A stretch of DNA of 64,000 nt from Candidatus Bathyarchaeota archaeon (GCA_963702095.1 OY969706.1:160001-224000), one strand, 5' to 3'; counted from the first letter of the stretch, positions 41,092 to 50,093 are shown. Translations and numbers: made by a program. The notes: generated from the sequence alone by a model not told the origin.

Positions 41092-41499
41092 ATGCCTATC
41101 AAGTATTATGAGGCTCCAGAAATTAAAAAGCAGGTTGACCAGTTGGCGCAGGAATGCGAATTCTACCATGTAGTGCCCCAGTTCGTGTTCTGCGTCCGAA
41201 GCCGAGGCTCTAAAGCCCGCCGCACCATCGCCCGCATCCACGGCTTGGGCAGAATCTGGCAGGGCGTACTCAACCTTCCGCCGTCCTACACCATCGAGGT
41301 CATCTCGGAGATCTTTGACAGGATGTCATCTGAAGACAAGGAAAGAACCCTCATCCACGAACTCATGCATATTCCCGGCGGCTTCGGCGGCGGCTTCCGA
41401 CCCCACAAGGGCTATGTGGAACGCAAAAACGTCGAAGCAGTCTATAAGAAGCTGCAGTGCGACCGCGCGGCGAAGCGGCAGAAAACCCTTTTTTCCTGA
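41092..41499 (+). CDS. Putative metallopeptidase (COG4900-like)
   Basis: RS.GSK...ARI.G, Y.IE.ISE.F, HELMHIP. Confidence 0.8.
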   Translation: MPIKYYEAPEIKKQVDQLAQECEFYHVVPQFVFCVRSRGSKARRTIARIHGLGRIWQGVLNLPPSYTIEVISEIFDRMSSEDKERTLIHELMHIPGGFGGGFRPHKGYVERKNVEAVYKKLQCDRAAKRQKTLFS

Positions 41500-41635
41500 C
41501 AAAAACTGTGGCTGTAGCGCCAAATTTTTAAGCTACGCAGACGGGATACTGGGAGTTGACGTTTTCGGCAACAAAAGGATTATAAACCCAAATAAGCAAA
41601 GTCACAAAGAACTTTGCCGCAGACGAGGAAAAAAA

Positions 41636-43296
41636 ATGAAGCATGTTATGAAAAGCCTAAAACACAACGGCATATTCGTCCCACCCTACGACCTCAAAGG
41701 GTTCACAGTTAAAATTGCAGGTCAACCAATCAAACTATCAGAGAAAAGCGAGCCCATGGCAGTCGCTTGGACCCGCAGAGTCCTATCCACAACCATCCCC
41801 GCGCCAGACAAGGTTTTCACACGCAACTTCATGCGGGAATTCCTCGACCGAATCAAACAGGAAAACCCATCTGCAGCTTACCTCAACACGTTTATCCCAA
41901 AATACATTGACAGCATCGGAAACGCGCCTGCCACACAGAACAATGGCGGCAGCCAAGTCAGCGAAATCGACTTCACACAAGTCCGCGCTTTCATTTTGGA
42001 GGAAAAAGCCAAAAAGGAAGCCCTAACCAAAGAGGAAAAGAAAAAACAAGCCGAAGAGCGCAAAGTCAAACGGTTGGAATTCAAGGAAAAATACGGTTAC
42101 GCCGAAGTCGACGGTCAAAGGTTGGAAGTTGCCAACTGGACCGCGGAGCCCAGTTGCCTCTTTGCAGGACGCGGCGACCACCCGCAGCGGGGCAAATGGA
42201 AAGAAGGCCCCGCCAAGCAGACATCACCATAAACCTCTCACCAGACGCGCCTAAACCAGAGGGGTGGAACGTCACTTGGGAACCTAACAAAATGTATGTT
42301 GCCAAATGGGTTGACAAACTCACAGGCAAAGTCAAATACGTCTGGTTTAGCGACACCGCTTTTTTGAAGCAAAACCGCGAGAAAGAAAAGTTCCAGAAAG
42401 CCGAAACCCTGGGCAAACAAATCAAGCAAATCGAAGCCCACATACTCAAAAACCTCAACGCCAAAGAAGAGGAACGCCGCAAAGTCGCGACGGTTTCATG
42501 GCTGATTCTTGTTCCCAACATGAGGGTCGGTGATGAAAAGGATCCTGACGAAGCCGACACAGTAGGCGCCATCACACTGCGCCCTGAACACATCACAGTC
42601 AACGGTGAATCCCTTCACTTTGACTTCTTAGGCAAAGACAGCGTCCGCTGGGTAAAAGAGTACACGGCACCCCCCTCAGTAATCAGAAACATCGAGGAAT
42701 TCTCCAAAGACACAACCAAGCAGTACCTTTTCGAAGGCATCGACAGCAAAAAAGTCAGCCGCTTCCTCTCTGAGAAAATGCCTAAACTCACCGCCAAAGT
42801 CTTCCGTACCTGGCGATGCACCAAAACCGTCAAAGAAGAACTTGAAAAAAGCGGCGTAACCAAAGAAGACCCCGACTACAAAAAGAACTATGCGGCGAAA
42901 ATGGCTAACTTCAAAGTCGCAGAAGTCGCCAACCACAAACGCAAAATCCCCCCCACCTTTGACCAACGCGTCGCAGAGAAAGAAGCCAAACTCAAAGACA
43001 TGCAGGAAATTCTCAACGCAAAAAAGAAAGAGGGCAAAAAAACTGAGACGCTTGAAACCCGCATTGAACGAGCCAAACTCGACTTAGAACTCACCAAACT
43101 CACCAGAGAATACAACTTGGGCACATCGCTCAAGAGCTACATTGACCCAACCGCCTACGTGAAATGGGCTAAGAAAGTCAAGTTTGACATAGAGAAATTC
43201 TACCCCACGACGTTACGGAGCAAGTTCAGCTGGGCATTGGAGCAGCAAAAGAAGAAAGCGACCGCAACCTGCGACGCCGAGTGCATCACGCCTTGA
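41636..43296 (+). CDS. DNA topoisomerase IB (eukaryote-like), frameshifted at C-run 42208-42211
   Basis: L.HNG..PP.Y; EP..LF.GRG.HP..GK; catalytic residues in MRVGDEK, GKDS, KVFRT, NH and TSLKSYIDP. Confidence 0.9.
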
Positions 43297-43586
43297 GCAT
43301 CAAAGAAACCGGCGACGGCGTCCTATTAACCATTTACGTTAAACCCAACAGCCCCAAATTCAAAGTGGCACTCGACGGAGGCGAAGTGGTTGTTTATGCT
43401 ACTGAGGAACCAGAGAAGGGCAAAGTAAACAAAGAAATCATAAAAGAACTCACCAGGCTTTTGCATGCACAGGTGGAGCTTGCAGCTGGGTTCACTTCTA
43501 AACATAAACAACTGATCATTAAGGGCTTGAATAAGCAGGAACTTGAAAAGGGGCTTTTCGCTAAAAATAAGATTGGAAAAACATAA
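43293..43586 (+). CDS. DUF167/YggU family protein
   Basis: V.PNS......P.KGK.NKE...L....V.L..G.TSK.K. Confidence 0.85.
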   Translation: MSIKETGDGVLLTIYVKPNSPKFKVALDGGEVVVYATEEPEKGKVNKEIIKELTRLLHAQVELAAGFTSKHKQLIIKGLNKQELEKGLFAKNKIGKT

Positions 43587-43615
43587 AAGGCAAACAATAC
43601 AACGCTAGCACGGCG

Positions 43616-44059
43616 ATGAAAATGAAAGCTGATCAGAGAACAACAGCTGAAGTAACCCAAACCTTCAAAGCAATGTTTGAAGCCTTCAAGAAAAAAGACC
43701 TCCAAGCAACCCTCTCCTACTGGGCACCCGACCCCGATCTGGTAGCCATCGGTACAGGCGCCGACGAGAAAGCAGTCGGATTAACCCAGTTCACCGAGAG
43801 CCTAAAGCGGGATTGGGCACAGGGAGAATTACAATCCATCGGCGTCACCGACTTCTCCGTCTCCGCGGCGGGTTTAGTCGCATGGTTCTCAGCCGACATT
43901 ACCTTGCACGGCACCTCAACCGATGGGAACTTTGATTTTCAAACACGCTTAACAGGGGTCATGGAGAAGCGGAATGGGAAGTGGTTGTGGGTGCAGATGC
44001 ATCTATCCACGCCCAGTTGCGAGCAAGAGCATGGGCATTCTTGGCCCACAAATCCGTAG
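43616..44059 (+). CDS. SnoaL/NTF2-like protein
   Basis: GTG.DE...G, VAW, R.TGV.EK..GKW..VQ.H.S. Confidence 0.85.
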   Translation: MKMKADQRTTAEVTQTFKAMFEAFKKKDLQATLSYWAPDPDLVAIGTGADEKAVGLTQFTESLKRDWAQGELQSIGVTDFSVSAAGLVAWFSADITLHGTSTDGNFDFQTRLTGVMEKRNGKWLWVQMHLSTPSCEQEHGHSWPTNP

Positions 44060-44259
44060 CCGCATGGATATGTCGAATCTTGAAATATGCCTTATATGCG
44101 CTGGAACATTAATTGAGCTAAGAACTGAGAGAGGGGCTAACACCCTCACCTTACCATTAGTCGGCTTTTCGTAATTCTTACAAGTTTTGAACTGGAAAAT
44201 TAAAATAAAACTGTTTACTTGTTGTCAGGGCTACAAACATTAGCTTAGAGGTAAAAAGT

Positions 44260-45849
44260 ATGACTGGCAGTCCTGACGAAAACCGAATCATCCCAAGAAC
44301 AATGTCCACTCAGCACCCTGACAACGCAAACAACCCTGAATGGAGCAAAGACGAAGTCATAAACGGCAGCTCAGAAGTCTACGAAGCCTACTGCGCCTAC
44401 GCCTCACTAGGTTGCCAAGAAGTCATGTGGGATTCAGAGGGCAAAGACACCGACACCCACGTTTCCCGCAAACTTCTAGAGAAGTACTGGGATTATTTTG
44501 CCAGCCACACAATCGGCGAAGACGTATACCTCACCTACCGCATACCCAACCCCAAAATCGAAGGCGCCGAAAAGAAAATAATAGTAGAAACCCTACAGAA
44601 CATCCCCGTGGCGTTCGATGTAGCTTCAATGGTGTACAAGCGCGAAGTTGCTCCCATCTTCGAAGTCATCCTCCCATTCACCACCGAAGCCAAAGAAATA
44701 ATCATGCTCTTCAACTACTACAAAAAAGCCATCGTAGCCGCAGAAGACGCCGCCCTCTATGAATCCACAACGGTGAAAGACTGGATTGGCAACGTCAGAC
44801 CCAAAGCCATCAAAGTAATCCCGCTGGTCGAAGACTTCGACAGCATACTACACGTTGACAAAATCGTGGAGCCCTACCTAAAAGCCATCAAGCCCAAACA
44901 GCAACGCGTCTTCATCGCACGATCCGACCCCGCCCTCAACTACGGATTCATCTGCGCAGTTTTGCTCTCCAAAATCGCCCTGAGCAAGCTTAAGGCATTG
45001 GAGAAGCAGCAGAACACCCAAATCCACCCCATCTTAGGCGTCGGCTCTAAACCCTTCAGAGGACACCTCTCCCCCGACAACGTCGACAACTTCCTCGAAG
45101 AATACAAAGGATTATCCACAGTCACCATCCAATCAGCATTCCGTTATGACTACCCCGCCGAGCAGGTTAAAGAGAGCATACAAAGCCTCAGCCAACGTCT
45201 CCCCAACGGCAACCCAGCCGCCATCGGAACCGAAGACATGGACACCTTACAGAATATACTGGGCAAGTTTAGGCTGCAGTATGAACGCCAAATCGAAGCG
45301 TTGGCGCCCTTCATCAACAGCGTCGCCGTCTATGTGCCCCAGCGTAGAGCAAGAAAACTCCACATCGGCCTCTTCGGTTACAGCCGCTGTGTCGCAGGCG
45401 TATGTCTCCCCCGAGCAATCAGCTTCGCCGCCGCCCTCTACAGCGTTGGACTACCCCCCGAATTCATCGGACTCAAAGCGCTGGCTGAATTAAACGACAG
45501 GGAATGGCAGACACTGAACCGCTACTACCTCAAAATGGTCCTTGACCTAAAACTGGTCGGCGAATACGTGTCACTGGAGAACTTTAGCATGCTGTTGGAG
45601 ATGAGCCGCACAACCGCGAAGAGGGCAGGCATGAGCGAGGAAAAACTCAAAGATGCCCTGACCATGGTGCTTGAGGACTTAAACACTGTAGAGCAGAAAA
45701 TGGGCATCAAACTGGGGCCGAAAGGGGTAGCACAGCGCAAACACGAAAACTTTACCAACAATTTCTTGCTCAGCTACATCCAAAAGCAGGATGCAGAGGC
45801 TAAGACGGCGCTGGTGGAGTCGGCTAAACTGCGCAAATGCTTAGGCTAA
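44260..45849 (+). CDS. ppcA: Phosphoenolpyruvate carboxylase, archaeal type
   Basis: IPRTMSTQHPDN, MWDSEGK, RVFIARSDPALNYG, PFRG, RARKLHIGLFGYSR, LPRAISF. Confidence 0.96.
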   Translation: MTGSPDENRIIPRTMSTQHPDNANNPEWSKDEVINGSSEVYEAYCAYASLGCQEVMWDSEGKDTDTHVSRKLLEKYWDYFASHTIGEDVYLTYRIPNPKIEGAEKKIIVETLQNIPVAFDVASMVYKREVAPIFEVILPFTTEAKEIIMLFNYYKKAIVAAEDAALYESTTVKDWIGNVRPKAIKVIPLVEDFDSILHVDKIVEPYLKAIKPKQQRVFIARSDPALNYGFICAVLLSKIALSKLKALEKQQNTQIHPILGVGSKPFRGHLSPDNVDNFLEEYKGLSTVTIQSAFRYDYPAEQVKESIQSLSQRLPNGNPAAIGTEDMDTLQNILGKFRLQYERQIEALAPFINSVAVYVPQRRARKLHIGLFGYSRCVAGVCLPRAISFAAALYSVGLPPEFIGLKALAELNDREWQTLNRYYLKMVLDLKLVGEYVSLENFSMLLEMSRTTAKRAGMSEEKLKDALTMVLEDLNTVEQKMGIKLGPKGVAQRKHENFTNNFLLSYIQKQDAEAKTALVESAKLRKCLG

Positions 45850-45977
45850 ATACGCAGCCCTACTCATTTTCTCCTCCTTCTCTGAAGAAACATGAAATTT
45901 AATGTTAAGTCGAATGTTTTTAATGTCATCAAATGTTGACTCGACCCGCTCTATCAGTGGAATCAAAGGATTCTTTG

Positions 45978-46110
45978 GTTCTGCTTGTGATTTGCTCCAC
46001 AACCAGCCAGCAACCCATTTCCGTTGCTGAAAAAAAAATGCAGCCGCCCACCAAAGCCACAGGAAGAAGAGTAAAGGGGCTCCTCTGCCTTTTTCTAACA
46101 ATAGAAAAAA
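45978..46110 (+). repeat. Dispersed intergenic repeat, copy E (3' part)
   Basis: TTTGCTCCACAACCAGCCAGCAAC; hairpin GGAAGAAG (46062-69) / CTTTTTCT (46089-96) followed by AACAATAGAAAAAA. Confidence 0.78.
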
Positions 46111-46310
46111 CAAAGTAAATAGAAGTTGGAGCCTTCGGCGGGATTTGGACCCGCGACCATTACCTTACCAAGGTTTGATGGAAGTAAAAGCTTATGATAA
46201 TGATAGACGCGCTTGCCATTTTTGAATCCTTCATAATGCTGGATTCTCTGGCTGTTCCCTCTCTGTTGTAGGATTCCTTCGACACCACAAACAGAACAAA
46301 GAGCTTTCAT
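46095..46310 (-). CDS. Int(N): N-terminal fragment of SSV1-type split integrase
   Basis: Reads through att as LGKVMVAGPNPAEGS, the same peptide found at the start of Int(C). Confidence 0.85.
   Translation of the reverse strand: MKALCSVCGVEGILQQRGNSQRIQHYEGFKNGKRVYHYHKLLLPSNLGKVMVAGPNPAEGSNFYLLCFFYC
46127..46174 (-). repeat. att site (duplicated 3' part of tRNA-Thr)
   Basis: TGGAGCCTTCGGCGGGATTTGGACCCGCGACCATTACCTTACCAAGGT identical to 52841-52888. Confidence 0.95.
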
Positions 46311-46430
46311 TCTTTAGCCTCCATGTACGCCATGGCTTCAAATGAGCGTTGGTTTGGAAGGGATTTGAACCCTCGACCCGCAGATTGCAAATAGGATTGA
46401 GTGTTTTTCATTGGAATGCCCTCCCGTTGT

Positions 46431-46904
46431 TTACTCTTTATTAGGGTGGTATAATGCTTCAACTTTTTCTTCTCTTTGAGTAGTCTCTAAGCTTATGCAA
46501 ACCAAGGTTGCAGATGCGGCGAATTTTCCCAATCGACTTAGCTCTTTGTTCGGAACAGCGTTCCACAGTGAAACATATTGGAAAGCACCATTTCTTTTGA
46601 GCGGCATAACGTCAATGTAGTCGTCTGTGCTCATTGCAGAAAGCACAATTCCACCTTTTGGAGTTCTAAAAATAACCTCGTCGTCGAAGTCTAATTTGAA
46701 TTCATGGGTTCCACCTTTTGCAAATTGAAGCTGTACATCCATTGGTTCGAGTGAGTCTGCACTACTTATTTTTCTAAGTCCAAACTCGGCAAGTTTTGTA
46801 ATAATTTCGCTCCTCGAAGACTTAGAGTCTTCTGACAATTTATCAATCTTTTTGACTATGTCTTCGGGCATTGATATTGACATTTTTTCGTAATTAGGGC
46901 TCAT
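46431..46904 (-). CDS. Ribbon-helix-helix (CopG/NikR-like) regulator with C-terminal domain
   Basis: MSISMPEDIVKKIDKL......SRSEII. Confidence 0.75.
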   Translation of the reverse strand: MSPNYEKMSISMPEDIVKKIDKLSEDSKSSRSEIITKLAEFGLRKISSADSLEPMDVQLQFAKGGTHEFKLDFDDEVIFRTPKGGIVLSAMSTDDYIDVMPLKRNGAFQYVSLWNAVPNKELSRLGKFAASATLVCISLETTQREEKVEALYHPNKE

Positions 46905-47124
46905 TTTATGCTACCTCAATCTTACCAAAGTACTACTGTGGTAGTATTAATATACTTTTTGTAACTTGAGGAAAAACCTAAGGAAATCCTTAGGGTATTT
47001 GAGCTTATTTTTTAATTTTATAGTAATATTGAACCTAAAAACTTTAAAGAAAACTTTAAAGCTGTTTGTTCGTGCAATAAGCCTTAAAAACACGTCGAAA
47101 TACATTGTACTCTGTTGTGATAAT

Positions 47125-47301
47125 ATGGCGACGAGAGAGCGATTTGTAACGATTCGGGAAGAATCCGACATTATTGACAAAGTGGATAGGCTTGCAAGAG
47201 AGCAGGGGATAGACCGCTCAGGTTTTTACAGGATGGCTGTGAGAGACCGAATCAGGATGGAAGCCGACGAAAACGCCGCAAGATACAAGCGAATTAAATA
47301 G
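47125..47301 (+). CDS. Small ribbon-helix-helix protein
   Basis: MATRERFVTIREESDIIDKVDRLAREQGIDRSGFYRMAV. Confidence 0.75.
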   Translation: MATRERFVTIREESDIIDKVDRLAREQGIDRSGFYRMAVRDRIRMEADENAARYKRIK

Positions 47302-47305
47302 GGAG

Positions 47306-48772
47306 GTGAAAGCAATGACTGAACAAGACCCAGAAAAAAGCCACATTGGCATAACCAAACAATATTGGGATGCCAAAACAGACGCACCAACAACCTATGG
47401 GGTCGGGATGGCTTACTTGACCCTTGGTCACCTTTTAGGTCGAGAGGTAACCAACCATATTCAACCCTCTGAAGTCTTTCATAACATGTATCTGGTCAAT
47501 GTAGGGGATAGCACTACCACAAGGAAATCCACAAGTCAGACAATGGGTTTGGAGCCGATTCCAGCCACTCGGCTAACAGACAATGACGTAGCAAGCCCCG
47601 AAAGGCTCGTGGAAATAATGAGCAAGAAAAACGAGATTATCCAGCCAATGGGCGAATTCAGCAAATTGCTCAAAGGCATAAAAAATGGAAACTACCAAGC
47701 AACATTCGCAGAAGTCTATAATGACTTGCACTCATGCGCTAAATTTTCAAGGAGCTTAAAAAGCAGAAATGGCTCTGAAACCCAATTCACCGTCGAAAAG
47801 CCTTTCCTCTCCATAGTGTCCTCTTGCACCTTTGAAGTATTGCAGGAGACATTGACGAGGGAAATGACTTATGGAGGTCTACTGCCCAGATGGATAATCA
47901 ACTATGGAGAGGCAAAGCGCAGACCGCGAGGCAGGCTTACGGCTGAGGCTTTTGAGCTTCAAGCTCGCTTAACCGAAAACTTTGCCCTCCTTGACAAAAT
48001 CGACAAGAAAGGCGCATACTTTGAGCTAAGTGATGCAGCCTTGGCATACTACAATCAAATCGAGAATGAAGTCTATGAAAACCCCCTGTTTGCCAATGTC
48101 AAGGCTTTTGGAGGAAGATACCTCAATTATCTCATAGCCTTTGCCGACATAAACCTCATCAGCGAAGCCCTTGGAGAGTTTAGCAAGCTCTCAACCCTCA
48201 GGAAGACTTCAATTCGTAAATTAGTTCAATTAGTACAGTTAGTAGAATTAGTAGAGAATATAGAGGGTACTAACGCACATAACCCTTCTAATCCAACTAA
48301 TTCAACTAATCGACTAACCCAGCTACCTGACCCCAACCGCATAATAGTGCAAAAGAGACATGTCCAAAGAGCATGGGCTTTCCTCAAACCCTGCTTAGTA
48401 TCTGCCTCAGAGTTAGCCACTTATGTTGATATGGATAAACCCCTCACCAGAGTCAGAGAATACCTCAAAACCCATGCGATAAACGGTCAGAAAGTCTACC
48501 ATTCCGACCTTATGCGAATGGCAAATGTCAATGCAAGAGAAGCCGAACAGTCAATCCAAAGCCTCAAGCTAAGGGAAGAAATTGAGCAAGGCAGCGAGGC
48601 CTTCACAGCCAAAAACAACCGTCAAATCACGAAGCGATTTTATCTTTGGGTTCCCCTCGAAGCTGAAGAATCAATCGAAGGCACTTCGCACCCTTCACTA
48701 CAATATAGCGAGCCGCATCAGCGGCGAGCCAATATACCAAACCTAATGCCAACCGAGGGGGTGATTGAGTGA
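47306..48772 (+). CDS. DUF3987/YfjI-like replication helicase-related protein with C-terminal wHTH
   Basis: N.Y.V.VGDSTTTRKST (variant Walker A), SPE.L, EF..LL, P.LSI, G.L.R. Confidence 0.65.
   Translation: MKAMTEQDPEKSHIGITKQYWDAKTDAPTTYGVGMAYLTLGHLLGREVTNHIQPSEVFHNMYLVNVGDSTTTRKSTSQTMGLEPIPATRLTDNDVASPERLVEIMSKKNEIIQPMGEFSKLLKGIKNGNYQATFAEVYNDLHSCAKFSRSLKSRNGSETQFTVEKPFLSIVSSCTFEVLQETLTREMTYGGLLPRWIINYGEAKRRPRGRLTAEAFELQARLTENFALLDKIDKKGAYFELSDAALAYYNQIENEVYENPLFANVKAFGGRYLNYLIAFADINLISEALGEFSKLSTLRKTSIRKLVQLVQLVELVENIEGTNAHNPSNPTNSTNRLTQLPDPNRIIVQKRHVQRAWAFLKPCLVSASELATYVDMDKPLTRVREYLKTHAINGQKVYHSDLMRMANVNAREAEQSIQSLKLREEIEQGSEAFTAKNNRQITKRFYLWVPLEAEESIEGTSHPSLQYSEPHQRRANIPNLMPTEGVIE
48221..48317. 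repeat. 9-bp iteron-like array (4 forward, about 6 inverted) inside the Rep gene
   Basis: TTAGTTCAA TTAGTACAG TTAGTAGAA TTAGTAGAG, then GGGTACTAA ... TCCAACTAA TTCAACTAA TCGACTAA. Confidence 0.7.
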
Positions 48773-49305
48773 GCTATATGAGTGTAGATTCAATGTATGC
48801 CAAGGAAAACATTGAGATTGACATAAGGGAATTGGCTGAATCCCTAAAGGCACAGCAGAGAAAACAGGCAGATGCAGATTCCCAATTCAAGCCTAATGCA
48901 TCCAACGGAATCAATAAACCGAAACAGTCCCCTGAAGCCCTTAGGGCAAGAATGGAAGAGTTCCTGCGGAAAGGCTGGATATCCGCCGAGCCTAAGCCTA
49001 CTGAGCCGATTGTCATTAAAATGGAGCCCAAAGATGCCTACTTGCATAGACTGCCAAAAGTGCTTGGCGCCTGCCCCTATTCAGTCAATGAGATGCTTGA
49101 GCGAGGGAAAAATCAAGGTATCATCAATGACCTCTATGGCGAACGGCAAAAACAACCCAAGCCCTTAGACGAGGTCTATCGGGCTGAAGGCATGCTGCCA
49201 GCCGAACCATTAGACTTGTACCGACAAAGAAATCAAATTCGAAGGACAGCGACTTCCCCAGAGAAAGAAGCCTTAGCATTGATTCAGAAATTCGGTTTAA
49301 GGTGA
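48769..49305 (+). CDS. Hypothetical protein (element)
   Basis: GTGA overlap with upstream gene, RBS present. Confidence 0.65.
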   Translation: MSYMSVDSMYAKENIEIDIRELAESLKAQQRKQADADSQFKPNASNGINKPKQSPEALRARMEEFLRKGWISAEPKPTEPIVIKMEPKDAYLHRLPKVLGACPYSVNEMLERGKNQGIINDLYGERQKQPKPLDEVYRAEGMLPAEPLDLYRQRNQIRRTATSPEKEALALIQKFGLR

Positions 49306-49676
49306 AGGAGGCAATGGAAGCGTTGATAACTCAAGAAAGCAGGCAGAAACCAACATTGACAGATAAACCCAAAGAGCGTAGAAAGCGACTATTTCAGGTA
49401 TTGGACTCAATAATAAGCTTCGCTGAAGAAAAAAGAGTGCTTAAAGGCAACTCAGACAAAGCTAAGCAGGCATGGAGCCGAATCGCGATAAGCGCAATCG
49501 ACAGCTATGGTAATCTATTGAAGACGGATGAACTCCAAAACATTGAGGCTCGACTTGAAGCTCTCGAACATGGGAAAACAAGAATCCTTGAGCCTCTTCC
49601 CATGAGGGAAAACCTGCTTGACAGACTAAAAAGAGAAGAGAACGAGCGAAAGCAAGCTGGGATGCAATATGACTAA
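49302..49676 (+). CDS. Hypothetical helical protein (element)
   Basis: Overlapping start; ELQNIEARLEALE coiled coil. Confidence 0.65.
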   Translation: MKEAMEALITQESRQKPTLTDKPKERRKRLFQVLDSIISFAEEKRVLKGNSDKAKQAWSRIAISAIDSYGNLLKTDELQNIEARLEALEHGKTRILEPLPMRENLLDRLKREENERKQAGMQYD

Positions 49677-49941
49677 GACACTGAAGCGTAGAATCAAGCA
49701 ACTGGAAGAAAAGAGCAGCTACAAACACCTCTTTCCTTCAATCACCTTTGACCTTGTGAAGCTAATCGTGGAGCAGAGAAAGGAAATCGAGCGCTTACGC
49801 AATCTCAGCGACGCCGAGTTTGAAGCCTACCTTACTGAAGCTGAAAAGACGTTAACTGACCCCACAGACGAAACGGCAACAGCAAAACGGGCAGCTTTAC
49901 GGGTCTTATTACAAGAAAAGAAGCGCCAACCTTTAGACTGA
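49669..49941 (+). CDS. Hypothetical coiled-coil protein (element)
   Basis: Overlapping start; LKRRIKQLEE. Confidence 0.65.
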   Translation: MTKTLKRRIKQLEEKSSYKHLFPSITFDLVKLIVEQRKEIERLRNLSDAEFEAYLTEAEKTLTDPTDETATAKRAALRVLLQEKKRQPLD

Positions 49942-49976
49942 CACAGAAACAGGACGGGTATACCTTCCCCATCCTT

Positions 49977-50023
49977 GGGCTCACGTTGCTATCCCTTAGG
50001 CATTTGGGTGGCAGCGTGAGCCT
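49977..50023 (+). terminator. 18-bp stem-loop with four G.U pairs after the Rep operon
   Basis: GGGCTCACGTTGCTATCC-11nt-GGGTGGCAGCGTGAGCCT. Confidence 0.6.
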
Positions 50024-50093
50024 GTCTCAGATGCCATGCGTGATAACAGCAGCAAGCTCTATGTGAATATCAGAAGTAAAACCGAGCATTAAC

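Noticed and set aside
41315-41635. N-terminal extension of ORF 41315-42232
   Set aside because: Overlaps the metallopeptidase gene; TopIB similarity, a TATA-like box and an RBS point to ATG 41636
42200-42232. Programmed frameshift or naturally split TopIB
   Set aside because: No slippery heptamer and no proper start for the second half; a one-base homopolymer deletion explains it and similar indels recur in the window
46127-46174. Second intact tRNA-Thr gene
   Set aside because: Only the 3' 48 nt are present; it is the att duplication
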